Of a stretch of 31,747 bases of DNA, positions 1 to 7,962 are shown one piece after another. Each line of letters opens with the position of its first letter. Position 1 is the stretch's first letter. Origin of the DNA: Gemmatimonadota bacterium (GTDB taxonomy: Bacteria; Gemmatimonadota; Gemmatimonadetes; Gemmatimonadales; GWC2-71-9); the NCBI GenBank assembly GCA_029859185.1, contig JAOUDR010000001.1, positions 1-31,747 on the forward strand, given 5' to 3'. The position numbers and the translations under genes are program-made. Below the pieces are notes generated by a model that was not told where the DNA came from, did not search any database, and was given only the letters and a program-made list of their open reading frames with translations.

Positions 1-42
1 TTCAAGCTGTTCTTCAATGCGGTCTATTCGGCGGGACGGTAG
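1..42 (+). CDS. 3' end of a gene entering the window (FKLFFNAVYSAGR*), possibly an M14-type zinc carboxypeptidase family protein
   Basis: Open frame from base 1 to TAG at 40-42. FKLxFNA resembles C-termini I recall from large M14-family proteins, but only 13 residues are visible. Confidence 0.35.
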   Translation, partial: FKLFFNAVYSAGR

Positions 43-137
43 CCGTCGGTAGGGGACGGTAGAGGGGGTGCCGGAATCTGGGGCTCGACGCCCGGATTCC
101 GGCACCCCTTCTGCCGTCTTCTACCGTCTTCTACCTA
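35..137. terminator. Long inverted-repeat element between convergent genes, likely bidirectional terminator or REP-like hairpin
   Basis: Perfect 14-bp stem GGGGTGCCGGAATC (65-78) / GATTCCGGCACCCC (95-108), flanked by 10-nt-period units GACGGTAGnn on the left and CTRCCGTCTT on the right. Confidence 0.7.
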
Positions 138-1484
138 CGTCCCCACTCTCGTAAGCCGATAGATCAACACGGCCGCGCGCTTGGCCATGAACGGGATGGA
201 GCCGAGGTCCACCTGCTCGTCGACCGTGTGGCCGCCGTCGCCCACCACGCCCAGGCCGTCGAGCGCCGCGCCGACGTCGGCGGCGACGAACGAGATGTCG
301 GCCGCGCCGCGCTCCGCCGGATCCACCGCCTCGACGGCTCCCTGTCCCAGATCGCGCGCGACTTCCTGCAACCGAGCGAGCAGCGCGTAGTTGGCGGCTG
401 TCGGCGCAAACGGGGGCGACGAGTCCTCGAACTCGATGGTCGCCGACGTGCCGGGGAGACTCTGGGCAACGATCGCCCGCATGCGCGCCTTGGTGCGCTC
501 ACGCTGCTCCAAGGAGACGGTCCGGAGGTCGCCAGTCGCGACCGCCGTCTCGGCGATGATATTCGTCTTGCCGAACGTCGTTCCCCGCCCCTGCATGGCA
601 TCGAAGTCCACCGTGGTACCGCCGAGCGCCACACCGGGATTGAAGGTGAGGTACTGCTCGCCGACCAGCGTTTCCCGGAACGTGTCGAGGATGCGCGCCA
701 ACTCGAAGACCGCCCCGTAGCCAAACGCTTCCTTGAAAATGAGCGACGAGTGACCTGGAGTCGCTTGCACGGTCAGCTTCCACCCCGTGAAACCACGCCG
801 CGCGACGGTCGCCGATCCGCGCCCCCCAACGCCACCTTCGAAGCCAAGCGCGAACTCGCTCCGGCGGCCGGCCTCGACGAGATCCCGGCGGCTGATGGAC
901 AGGGGATCGCCCGTGTCTTCCTCGTCGCCGATGAGCGCCACGATCAGGTTCATGTCATCGATCACACCGGCATCCCGCAGCGCCTGGAGCGCAAGCAGGA
1001 CGACCCCATTCCCGCCCTTCATGTCCTCTGTTCCGGGGCCGCGCGCCCAGTTCCCGGCTGCCAGCTCGAAGCGCTGGAACGGCGAGTCTTCTTCGAACAC
1101 GGTGTCGAGGTGCCCAATCACCAGCACGCGGGGCCCACTCCCCTCTCGCTCGGCAAACAAGTGGGGTCCCCGCTGGACCTCCGCCATGTCCACGAGCCGC
1201 GTGGTGAAGCCCAGGGCATCCAACTCCGCCTGATAGAGCTCACCGACCACTCGGACCCCCGCCGGATTCATCGACCCGCTATTGACGTTCACTGCCCGCT
1301 CGAGCAGGGCAACCGCTTCGGCGGTGTGTGTGTCTACAGCAGCGACGATGCGGCGTTCGACGGGGGAGAGGGATTGGGCTGAGAGGTTGACGGCCGGAGA
1401 CGACAACGGCAGAAGAAGCAACGGCAGAAACAACGGCAGAGAAGAGAACGGCAGAAAAGTGCACGGCAAGGACGGAAGACGCAC
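135..1484 (-). CDS. Exported M20/M25/M40 family metallopeptidase (carboxypeptidase G2-like)
   Basis: Motifs GHLDTV, EDMKGG, GDEED, FEGG and C-terminal GGHTVDE. Probable GTG start at 1484 preceded by GAGG; signal peptide ends LSA/Q. The ORF-track extension to 1703 is repeat-derived. Confidence 0.9.
   Translation of the reverse strand: MRLPSLPCTFLPFSSLPLFLPLLLLPLSSPAVNLSAQSLSPVERRIVAAVDTHTAEAVALLERAVNVNSGSMNPAGVRVVGELYQAELDALGFTTRLVDMAEVQRGPHLFAEREGSGPRVLVIGHLDTVFEEDSPFQRFELAAGNWARGPGTEDMKGGNGVVLLALQALRDAGVIDDMNLIVALIGDEEDTGDPLSISRRDLVEAGRRSEFALGFEGGVGGRGSATVARRGFTGWKLTVQATPGHSSLIFKEAFGYGAVFELARILDTFRETLVGEQYLTFNPGVALGGTTVDFDAMQGRGTTFGKTNIIAETAVATGDLRTVSLEQRERTKARMRAIVAQSLPGTSATIEFEDSSPPFAPTAANYALLARLQEVARDLGQGAVEAVDPAERGAADISFVAADVGAALDGLGVVGDGGHTVDEQVDLGSIPFMAKRAAVLIYRLTRVGT
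1405..1479. repeat. AACGGCAGA tandem array inside the signal-peptide coding region of the M20 gene
   Basis: ACGG cores at 1406, 1421, 1433, 1448, 1463 and 1472; spacings 15, 12, 15, 15, 9. Confidence 0.75.
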
Positions 1485-1559
1485 GTGGGCCTCGGGTGTC
1501 AGTCTGACGGATGTTCCACACGCGGACGCGTCGGGGCAAGACCGCCCCCCGGTCGCCCT

Positions 1560-1663
1560 TGCCGTCGTCCCCTGCCGTTGTTCTCTGCCGTTGTCCCCTG
1601 CCGTTGTCCCCTCCCGTTGTCCCCTGCCGCCGTCCCCTGCCGCCGTCCCCTGCCGTTGTCCCC
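1560..1663. repeat. Tandem array of eight 13-mers, consensus TGCCGTTGTCCCC
   Basis: Units start at 1560, 1573, 1586, 1599, 1612, 1625, 1638 and 1651, read directly from the sequence. Confidence 0.95.
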
Positions 1664-1704
1664 GATTGTCCGACCCAAGCCTTGCCCCCATCCCCATTGG
1701 CATC

Positions 1705-1723
1705 TACTTTGCAGTACAAAGCA
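1705..1723. promoter_or_regulatory. Palindromic operator candidate TACTTTG-N5-CAAAGCA
   Basis: AT-rich inverted repeat (6 of 7 matching) 27 nt upstream of an operon that encodes a winged-helix regulator. Confidence 0.6.
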
Positions 1724-1750
1724 CTCTAACCCGTTGGCCCGGGAGCACCT

Positions 1751-2332
1751 GTGACCTTGCCGACCCACGACGAGCGCGAGCACGCCAAGGAAACGCTGGA
1801 CTACATCCGCCGGACCATGGAATCCGCCTCCAGCTTCACCGCGGTGGCGGGGTCCGGCATGGTGGGGGTCGGCCTCATCGGTTTGGTGGCGGCGGGCGTA
1901 GCCAGTCGCCTCGGGAACCCGGTGGACCTGCGGGTCTGGGTGCCGGCGGCAGTAGTCGCCATGGTCCTGGCGGGGGCCGCCAATGCGCGCAAGGCAAGCC
2001 GGATGGGCGTGCCGCTCTGGTCGGGCGCGTTCCGGAAGACCGTGTGGGTCATGGCCCCGGTGCTGGTCTCGGGGGCCATCCTCACGTTCGCCCTCGGGCG
2101 TCAGGGAGCCGACGCGCTGATTCCCGGCATGTGGCTCGCGCTCTACGGCGCCGGCGTGACGGCCGGGGGCACCCTTTCCATCCGTGCGGTCCGCGCCATG
2201 GGCCTGGCCCTTACGGTGCTCGGCGCCGTGGCGCTGCTGCAGCCCGAGTGGGGGGCCCCGCTGCTCGCGGCCGGATTCGGCGTGATGCACATCATCTTCG
2301 GCCTGCTACTCCTGACGCGGCATGGCGGGTAA
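1751..2332 (+). CDS. Conserved-type hypothetical integral membrane protein (about 6 TM)
   Basis: GTG start after GGGAG; short soluble N-terminus (HAKETLDYIRRTMES) then several hydrophobic segments; overlaps the next gene by 11 nt. Confidence 0.8.
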   Translation: MTLPTHDEREHAKETLDYIRRTMESASSFTAVAGSGMVGVGLIGLVAAGVASRLGNPVDLRVWVPAAVVAMVLAGAANARKASRMGVPLWSGAFRKTVWVMAPVLVSGAILTFALGRQGADALIPGMWLALYGAGVTAGGTLSIRAVRAMGLALTVLGAVALLQPEWGAPLLAAGFGVMHIIFGLLLLTRHGG

Positions 2333-2645
2333 TATCGTGGTCGACGAACTGGATCGGCTCATCCACGAGCGGATCCGGCTGGGCATCGTCTCGGCGCTCG
2401 CCGCTAACGAGTCCCTGCCGTTCGCCGACCTGCGGGACATCCTCGGCACCACCGACGGGAATCTCAGCGTGCACGCCCGCAAGCTCGAGGATGCGGGCTA
2501 CGTACGCGTTACCAAGGGCTTCGAAGATCGGAAGCCCCGCACCGAATACAGCCTCACGGCCAAGGGGCGGCGCGCTTTCGAAGCCTATCTGGGACAGATG
2601 GAACAGATCTTGAGCGCAGCTCGGGAAGCGCTGGAGAAGACATGA
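2322..2645 (+). CDS. Winged helix-turn-helix transcriptional regulator (HTH_34 / MarR-ArsR-like)
   Basis: LDRLIHERIRLGIVSAL, TDGNLSVHARKLEDAGYV and KPRTEYSLTAKGR are typical of this small wHTH family. Confidence 0.9.
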   Translation: MAGNIVVDELDRLIHERIRLGIVSALAANESLPFADLRDILGTTDGNLSVHARKLEDAGYVRVTKGFEDRKPRTEYSLTAKGRRAFEAYLGQMEQILSAAREALEKT

Positions 2646-3388
2646 CCGGAATGCACGTGGCGATCATCATGGACGGCAACGGCCGCTGGGCCCGCCAACA
2701 AGGGAAACCCCGGTGGCGCGGGCACCTGGCGGGCGTGGACAGCGTGCGCGACACGGTGCGCGGCAGCCCTGATCTCGGCATCACGACGCTGACGCTCTAC
2801 GCGTTCTCCTCGGACAACTGGAAGCGGCCCGCCGCCGAGGTCGGCCGACTGTTCTGGCTGTTGCGCGAGTACTGCCGGCGCGAGCGGAACGAGCTGATCG
2901 AGAACGGCGTGCGCGTCTCGCATGTGGGGCGCCGGGACCGGCTGCCCACCAAGGCGCTCACGGCCCTCGACGACCTGGCCCGGCAATCAGCCGCGGGAAC
3001 CCGGCTGCACCTCCGCCTGGCCATCGACTACAGCGCGCAGGAGATGATCGCTTCGGCCTCACGCCGGTTGGCCGAAGAGGTACAGGCGGGAACCCGCCGG
3101 CCGGACGAGGTGACGCGTGACGCGCTCGAGCTGGCGCTGACTGATGGGGTCTCGCCCGTGGACCTCCTGGTCCGGACCGCCGGGGAGCAGCGGCTCTCCG
3201 ACTTCATGCTGTGGGAGACGGCCTACGCCGAGTTGTACTTCACCCCGGTCCTGTGGCCCGACTTCCGCCGTGCCGACCTCGCCACGGCGCTCACCGCGTT
3301 CCAGCGGCGCGAGCGCCGGTTCGGTGGCCTCGTGGCGGTGAATGGGAGCGCCGCCGGTGCCCCCGCGCCCAAACTGGCGGTGGGATAG
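2642..3388 (+). CDS. uppS: cis-prenyltransferase (undecaprenyl/decaprenyl diphosphate synthase family), probable paralog
   Basis: HVAIIMDGNGRWA, GHLAG, YAFSSDNWKRP, DLLVRTAGEQRLSDFMLWETAYAELYF. ATGA overlap with the regulator. Confidence 0.92.
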   Translation: MTGMHVAIIMDGNGRWARQQGKPRWRGHLAGVDSVRDTVRGSPDLGITTLTLYAFSSDNWKRPAAEVGRLFWLLREYCRRERNELIENGVRVSHVGRRDRLPTKALTALDDLARQSAAGTRLHLRLAIDYSAQEMIASASRRLAEEVQAGTRRPDEVTRDALELALTDGVSPVDLLVRTAGEQRLSDFMLWETAYAELYFTPVLWPDFRRADLATALTAFQRRERRFGGLVAVNGSAAGAPAPKLAVG

Positions 3389-3421
3389 CGCCGGTAGCCG
3401 GGGACGGAGCCGGCCGCGTCG

Positions 3422-4597
3422 CTACACCGGCGACCGAAGCACCACGCGCGCCGAGCGACGCTCCGCTCCTCGCTGCAAGTCGAGCGTCACGATCGTCCCG
3501 TCCGGCTGCCGCGACAGCCGCCACAGATCCACCAGCCGCATCTCGGTTGCCGGCCGCCCGTTGACGCTCACGACCACATCGCCCTGCCGCACCCCGGCCG
3601 CGGCGGCCGGACCGCCGTCGAGGACGAAGCGGACACGGAATTCCGTGAAGTCACTCCCCGCCGCGACGACCCACATCCCGCTCCGGTCCACCGCGGGCGG
3701 ATCGTCGAACTGCGCGCCCGGCACCAGCACCATCCGGCTGCCCGCATAGTCCAGCGTGACCGTGAACCGCCGGAGAATCTCGGCGCCGATGGTCCCGGCA
3801 TCCGACCGGTTCTCGAACCCCGCCGACTCGAGCGTGGCGCCGATCACCGCATGACGAATCTCAAACCGCCCCAGCCTGAAGCCGTCCACACCAAACAGCA
3901 GCCCGTCGGTCTCCCCGCCAACCGCGACCCCCGGAATCGTCCGCGTCCGTTGGCCGGGTGCCAGCACGCCGGCATCCTCCAGAAAGCCCCGGTTGAGCCC
4001 CGCGGCATCGAGGCTCCCCGTATCGAGCTTGAACCGTCCCCTTATGGCCGAGTCATGCGGTTGCCGGATCACCCCGTCCACGAACGGTTCGTTGGCGATG
4101 ATTGTGAGGGCGAGGGTGTCCCCCGCGGGCAGGATCCCGCCCGCGGACGGCTGCACGATCAGCGTCCGCCGATCGTAGTCGATCGTGAGCACGTACTGCT
4201 CAATGACATCGTGCCCGATGACGCCGTCCAGCCGGCGACCGACGACAGGCTCCAACCCACCGAGCGGTACCGCCTGGAGGGTCAGCGGCGCCACCCGCAC
4301 GCCACCGATGCGGAGGGCCACGTCGGCCACCGCGCCGACTTCGACCGCCCCGCCGGGCTGCGGAACGAGTCGGGGTTCCGCGACGTCGAGCCCCAGCTGC
4401 TTGGCGACCGACGCATTGATCAGGCTGTACTCGAACCCGGTATCCAGAATGAACGACAGGGTATCGGCCGCTCCCACGGACACCGCGACCCAGACGAGTC
4501 CAAACGCGTCGTCGAACGGCACGCGCACCGAGGCGTGCTCCTGCCCCTGTGCCCCGGAGCCGATGCTCAGCGCGAGCGCGATCCCGGCCCATCTCAT
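3422..4597 (-). CDS. Exported aspartyl protease family protein: two retropepsin-like domains plus C-terminal PDZ
   Basis: Signal peptide MRWAGIALALSIGSGAQG; two DTG motifs (FILDTGF, FKLDTGS); GVIGHD and GTIGAE flap-type motifs; PDZ-like VLDGGPAAAAGVRQGDVVVSVNG. Start trimmed to ATG 4597, which overlaps the upstream stop. Confidence 0.85.
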   Translation of the reverse strand: MRWAGIALALSIGSGAQGQEHASVRVPFDDAFGLVWVAVSVGAADTLSFILDTGFEYSLINASVAKQLGLDVAEPRLVPQPGGAVEVGAVADVALRIGGVRVAPLTLQAVPLGGLEPVVGRRLDGVIGHDVIEQYVLTIDYDRRTLIVQPSAGGILPAGDTLALTIIANEPFVDGVIRQPHDSAIRGRFKLDTGSLDAAGLNRGFLEDAGVLAPGQRTRTIPGVAVGGETDGLLFGVDGFRLGRFEIRHAVIGATLESAGFENRSDAGTIGAEILRRFTVTLDYAGSRMVLVPGAQFDDPPAVDRSGMWVVAAGSDFTEFRVRFVLDGGPAAAAGVRQGDVVVSVNGRPATEMRLVDLWRLSRQPDGTIVTLDLQRGAERRSARVVLRSPV

Positions 4598-5061
4598 GGG
4601 ACCCGTCCCTTCCGCCGGAACCACCAGCGCATGCAGCGATGCCCCAGGTCCACCGGCTCGCAGTACATCAGCGGGCATCCCCCCGCGATGCAGGCGATCC
4701 CGAGTTCGTCAGCCGCGCGGAGGGCCGCCTCCGATACGCTGCCCTGCCCGAACGACCGGTGGAGCCACACATGCCGCACCCCGCACGCCGCGGCCTGCCG
4801 CACGATCGACTCGGCCGTATCCGGATGCGTGGTCACGACGACGCCGTCGAGCGATCCCGGCACGGCGGCCAGATCCGGGTAGCTCGGCACGCCTTCCACT
4901 TCGGCCGCTCCGGGATTGAGCGGAACCACATCGAATCCTGCGGCACGGAGCTTCTTGAAGACGGCGTTGCCGACATGCCCAGGCTCGCGGGACACTCCCG
5001 CGACCGCCACGCGCCGCCCAGCCAGGAAAGCCGCCACGGCGTCCGGAAGCTGCTTGGGCAT
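4594..5061 (-). CDS. CoA-binding domain protein (YccU-like)
   Basis: VAVAGVSREPGHVGNAVFKKL, VVPLNP, YPDLAAVP, DGVVV, VWLHRSFGQGS, IAGGCPLM. ATG at 5061 after GGAGGAAGTGGAG; only the last 155 aa of ORF 4594..6045. Confidence 0.88.
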   Translation of the reverse strand: MPKQLPDAVAAFLAGRRVAVAGVSREPGHVGNAVFKKLRAAGFDVVPLNPGAAEVEGVPSYPDLAAVPGSLDGVVVTTHPDTAESIVRQAAACGVRHVWLHRSFGQGSVSEAALRAADELGIACIAGGCPLMYCEPVDLGHRCMRWWFRRKGRVP

Positions 5062-5093
5062 CTCCACTTCCTCCCCAGCGTGTCCTGCCCGTC

Positions 5094-6437
5094 CTACGTG
5101 ACTGTCGCGGCAGAAGTTTCCCCATCGCTCCCCGCCACCGAGCGGGCCTGCCGGAGCGCCTGCCCCACCGGGCGCGCGAGGTAGAGTACGGCGGTCAGTC
5201 GCCCCCCGACAAACGCCGTGACCGCACTGACGACCCCCGCCCACCCGAACACGGCACTCAGGACGGGGAACGCCACGGCCACCACCGCAATCTCGAAAGC
5301 GGTGGCCCAAGTCACGGGCCCCGTCCGACGCGCCAACACAAGGACGCCGCGCTGCACGGACTGCAGGACGGACAACCCCGGCAACGGGATCAGGATGAGC
5401 GCGGGCAGGATTGCGAACCGGACCAGCTCCGGCGTGAGCGCCGAGATCACGCCGAACCAGATACCGGCCAGCGGAGTCGCGGCAATCGCCGCGAGACCCA
5501 GCGAGGCCCCAATCCCCAGCATCAGCGCAAACCGGCTCACGGCGGCCATGTCCTCGAACCGCTTCCCGGCCAGCGCGATCGTGACTTCCTGGTACGAAAG
5601 GCCGAGTGCCCGGAAGATGAAGGACAGCGCGTGCACCACGGGGAAGACCGCGAGCGACTCGACCGGCGACGGCGCGCGTCCCATGAAGAACGTCAGCATG
5701 GGCTGGAGCACGAGGCCGATGAGTGACGTCAACGCGAGCGGGTAGTAGAACTGGAGGATCCGCGCATAGCTCGGCGCGTTCCCGTGCGTGTCCGCCGTGC
5801 CCGCGATGCCGGCCAGGACACCGCGCACCATGACCCGGCTGCCGAGTGCCTCGAGCACGACGCCCGCACTCAGGGCCGCCGCGCCCACGTACGCCCCGGG
5901 CCACGTACCGGCATGGTAGAGGAGCAGACCGGTCGCGGCCATCGTGACGAGCCGGATGACCGTCCCGTAGGCGACCAGCCGCGTCCGGCCGCCGCGGATC
6001 AGCAGCCCCTGATAGAACCGGCGGTACCCGATGGCGGCGGGCCACGGGAGCAGCAACCAGAGGGACACGTAGGTGAGTCGCGCCACCTCCGGCGGCAGGG
6101 CGACCAGATCCTCCATCACGACCCGATAGACCGCCGGCACCAGGAACCCGAGCATGGCGGCGGTCATCAGCGCATTGAGCGCCCAGGCAAACCGGCGCAG
6201 GCGCCTGAGGCTGGTGGCATCTTCGACGAGCGCCGTGGACGCGCTCATCATCATGATGACCGGCGCCTCCGCCAGGAGCGCGAACGCGTACGCGACGCCA
6301 TACGCGGCCAGGTTGAACTTGGGATCGGCGAGCCGGGCAATGACCGCGGCGAGAAACGGTCCCTCGGCGGCCATCATGAGCCAGGTCGCCGCCAGCGGGG
6401 TCCAGAAGCGCAGGATGGAGCGTTGCGTGTGAGGCAA
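5094..6437 (-). CDS. MATE/MOP-superfamily membrane transporter, ANKH-like
   Basis: About 12 hydrophobic segments; internal two-fold repeat (ILRFWTPLAAT...LAAYGVAYAF and ILQFYYPLALT...LAVFPVVHAL); TTG start. Confidence 0.75.
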   Translation of the reverse strand: MPHTQRSILRFWTPLAATWLMMAAEGPFLAAVIARLADPKFNLAAYGVAYAFALLAEAPVIMMMSASTALVEDATSLRRLRRFAWALNALMTAAMLGFLVPAVYRVVMEDLVALPPEVARLTYVSLWLLLPWPAAIGYRRFYQGLLIRGGRTRLVAYGTVIRLVTMAATGLLLYHAGTWPGAYVGAAALSAGVVLEALGSRVMVRGVLAGIAGTADTHGNAPSYARILQFYYPLALTSLIGLVLQPMLTFFMGRAPSPVESLAVFPVVHALSFIFRALGLSYQEVTIALAGKRFEDMAAVSRFALMLGIGASLGLAAIAATPLAGIWFGVISALTPELVRFAILPALILIPLPGLSVLQSVQRGVLVLARRTGPVTWATAFEIAVVAVAFPVLSAVFGWAGVVSAVTAFVGGRLTAVLYLARPVGQALRQARSVAGSDGETSAATVT

Positions 6438-6764
6438 GATCGGGCGGTCAGGCGGTTGGATGGTCAGGCGGTAGCGCGGTCCCGCGAGGGATGCTGCAAT
6501 CTAGTCCTGGGGTCGGGCCTCCAAGCAGTGCCGCGCCGGCAGTCTGCCGATCATCCCGGAGGTCATCGTCCGGTTGGCAGAGCCGCGAGCGCTCTTCCGG
6601 TGGCATCGTCGCGTACCTGGAACTCGAGCCACAACGGCGACGACGATGGACGGCGAGAGACGACCACGGGACACCGCTGACCTCCCGGCACGTCCCCCCT
6701 CGATCACCCGTCATCGCCCACCTTCGGCGGGCATCCGCTCGCCTTCTCCGGTGTGAGAAACGGC

Positions 6765-7319
6765 CTAGAACGGATTCAGGACGTACCCGTCCTGCTGCAG
6801 GACCGTGAGCGCGGTCATGGCCGACAGCGCCAACTCGACCTGCGGCGCCAGCAGGTCTGGATAGAAACCGCGAGACATCGACGACTGGCCGCACAGGATC
6901 ACCCGCACCCCGGCCTCATGCAGCGCCTGGAGGATGCGGAGGTCCGGGTTACCCACGCCAAAACGGGTCATGTACGTGTCGTCGCGGAGGGCGGCGCGCG
7001 CGGCGGGACCGTGAATCACGACGGCAGCCTCGAGGCTGTCCCGGGGGACTCCGGCACGCGCGTGCATGTTGAGAAACCTGGCGACCGTGATGAGGCGCTC
7101 GTTCGGCGCCGTCGAGTCCGCGGGCGCCAACGCAACCTCGAACACCAGCCGGTACGCGCGGTTCGTGGGCGTGGAAAACGTCGGCGCGACGATGTCGTAC
7201 ACCGGCCCGAAGTCCCGGATGACCGGCCCGGCGCGTGGCACCGGCTGCGCGGCGCTCGGAGCACTCATGGCGCAGGCGAGTACGGCAAGCGTTGCCAGGG
7301 TGTGGGAACCGTGATTCAT
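6765..7319 (-). CDS. Exported DsrE/DsrF-like family protein
   Basis: Signal peptide ending SAA/Q; VARFLNMH, VVIHGPA, NPDLRILQALHEAGVRVILCGQS, LSAMTAL...QQDGY. Start trimmed to ATG 7319. Confidence 0.8.
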   Translation of the reverse strand: MNHGSHTLATLAVLACAMSAPSAAQPVPRAGPVIRDFGPVYDIVAPTFSTPTNRAYRLVFEVALAPADSTAPNERLITVARFLNMHARAGVPRDSLEAAVVIHGPAARAALRDDTYMTRFGVGNPDLRILQALHEAGVRVILCGQSSMSRGFYPDLLAPQVELALSAMTALTVLQQDGYVLNPF

Positions 7320-7449
7320 GGCGGCGATGACCTCGAAGCGGGAGTCGTTTCCGCGCGGGAGAGGCGCGGGCTGCCGACAAGGTACCGCGAAATGCAGATT
7401 GCAGCGGCCAGACTGCGGGATGCAGGCCAACCCCTCCCTGCTGCGTGCG

Positions 7450-7962
7450 ATGAACGAACTACGGATTCAACTGACGAAGCGACGTGATGGCGACGTCGTG
7501 CTGCGGTGCATCCGTGCGGACGGGTCGGCCACGTGGCAGCGTCACCGGGGGCGACAGGCGGGGTTCTTCCCGCTGCACGACCTCACGCACTACGCGGTCG
7601 AAACGGAGTTGGGGTTTGGGCGCGGGTTCTACGGACTCATCGCCGAGGGCTGGGACATCGAGGATACCGGGGTGTCGCCGACGCGCGGGCCGCTTCCCCC
7701 CGAAGCGCTCATCGTCGAGCACATCGTGGGCTCCCTGGACGTGCAGCGCGCCGATGGGTCCACCTGGACCGCAGGCGACTTCAACGAACGGGTGGCGCGA
7801 TTCGCGGCCACTCGGGGCCTCGCACCGCCGCGGGCGTTCACCGAAGACGACGTGACGCGGCTACGGAGCCGGCTCCGTGAGCTGTTGGCGCGGTGGGCAG
7901 CGCTTCCCGCCGGAGAGATGCTCGAGCTCCCGTTCGACCGCCGCCAGGCGCCTGCACCCTGA
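7450..7962 (+). CDS. Hypothetical protein with HDLTH motif
   Basis: Protein-like 170-aa ORF filling the gap divergent from the DsrE gene; FFPLHDLTHYAVETELG...GFYGLIAEGW. Start choice is uncertain. Confidence 0.75.
   Translation: MNELRIQLTKRRDGDVVLRCIRADGSATWQRHRGRQAGFFPLHDLTHYAVETELGFGRGFYGLIAEGWDIEDTGVSPTRGPLPPEALIVEHIVGSLDVQRADGSTWTAGDFNERVARFAATRGLAPPRAFTEDDVTRLRSRLRELLARWAALPAGEMLELPFDRRQAPAP

Noticed and set aside
1485-1703. N-terminal extension of ORF 135..1703 and the small ORFs over the 13-mer array
   Set aside because: They are translations of the repeat (GDNGR-type units) upstream of a good signal peptide.
5062-6045. Long N-terminal part of ORF 4594..6045, or a fusion with the transporter
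   Set aside because: It overlaps the ANKH-like gene in another frame, is Arg/Gly/Ala-rich and low-information, and the CoA-binding domain has its own strong RBS.
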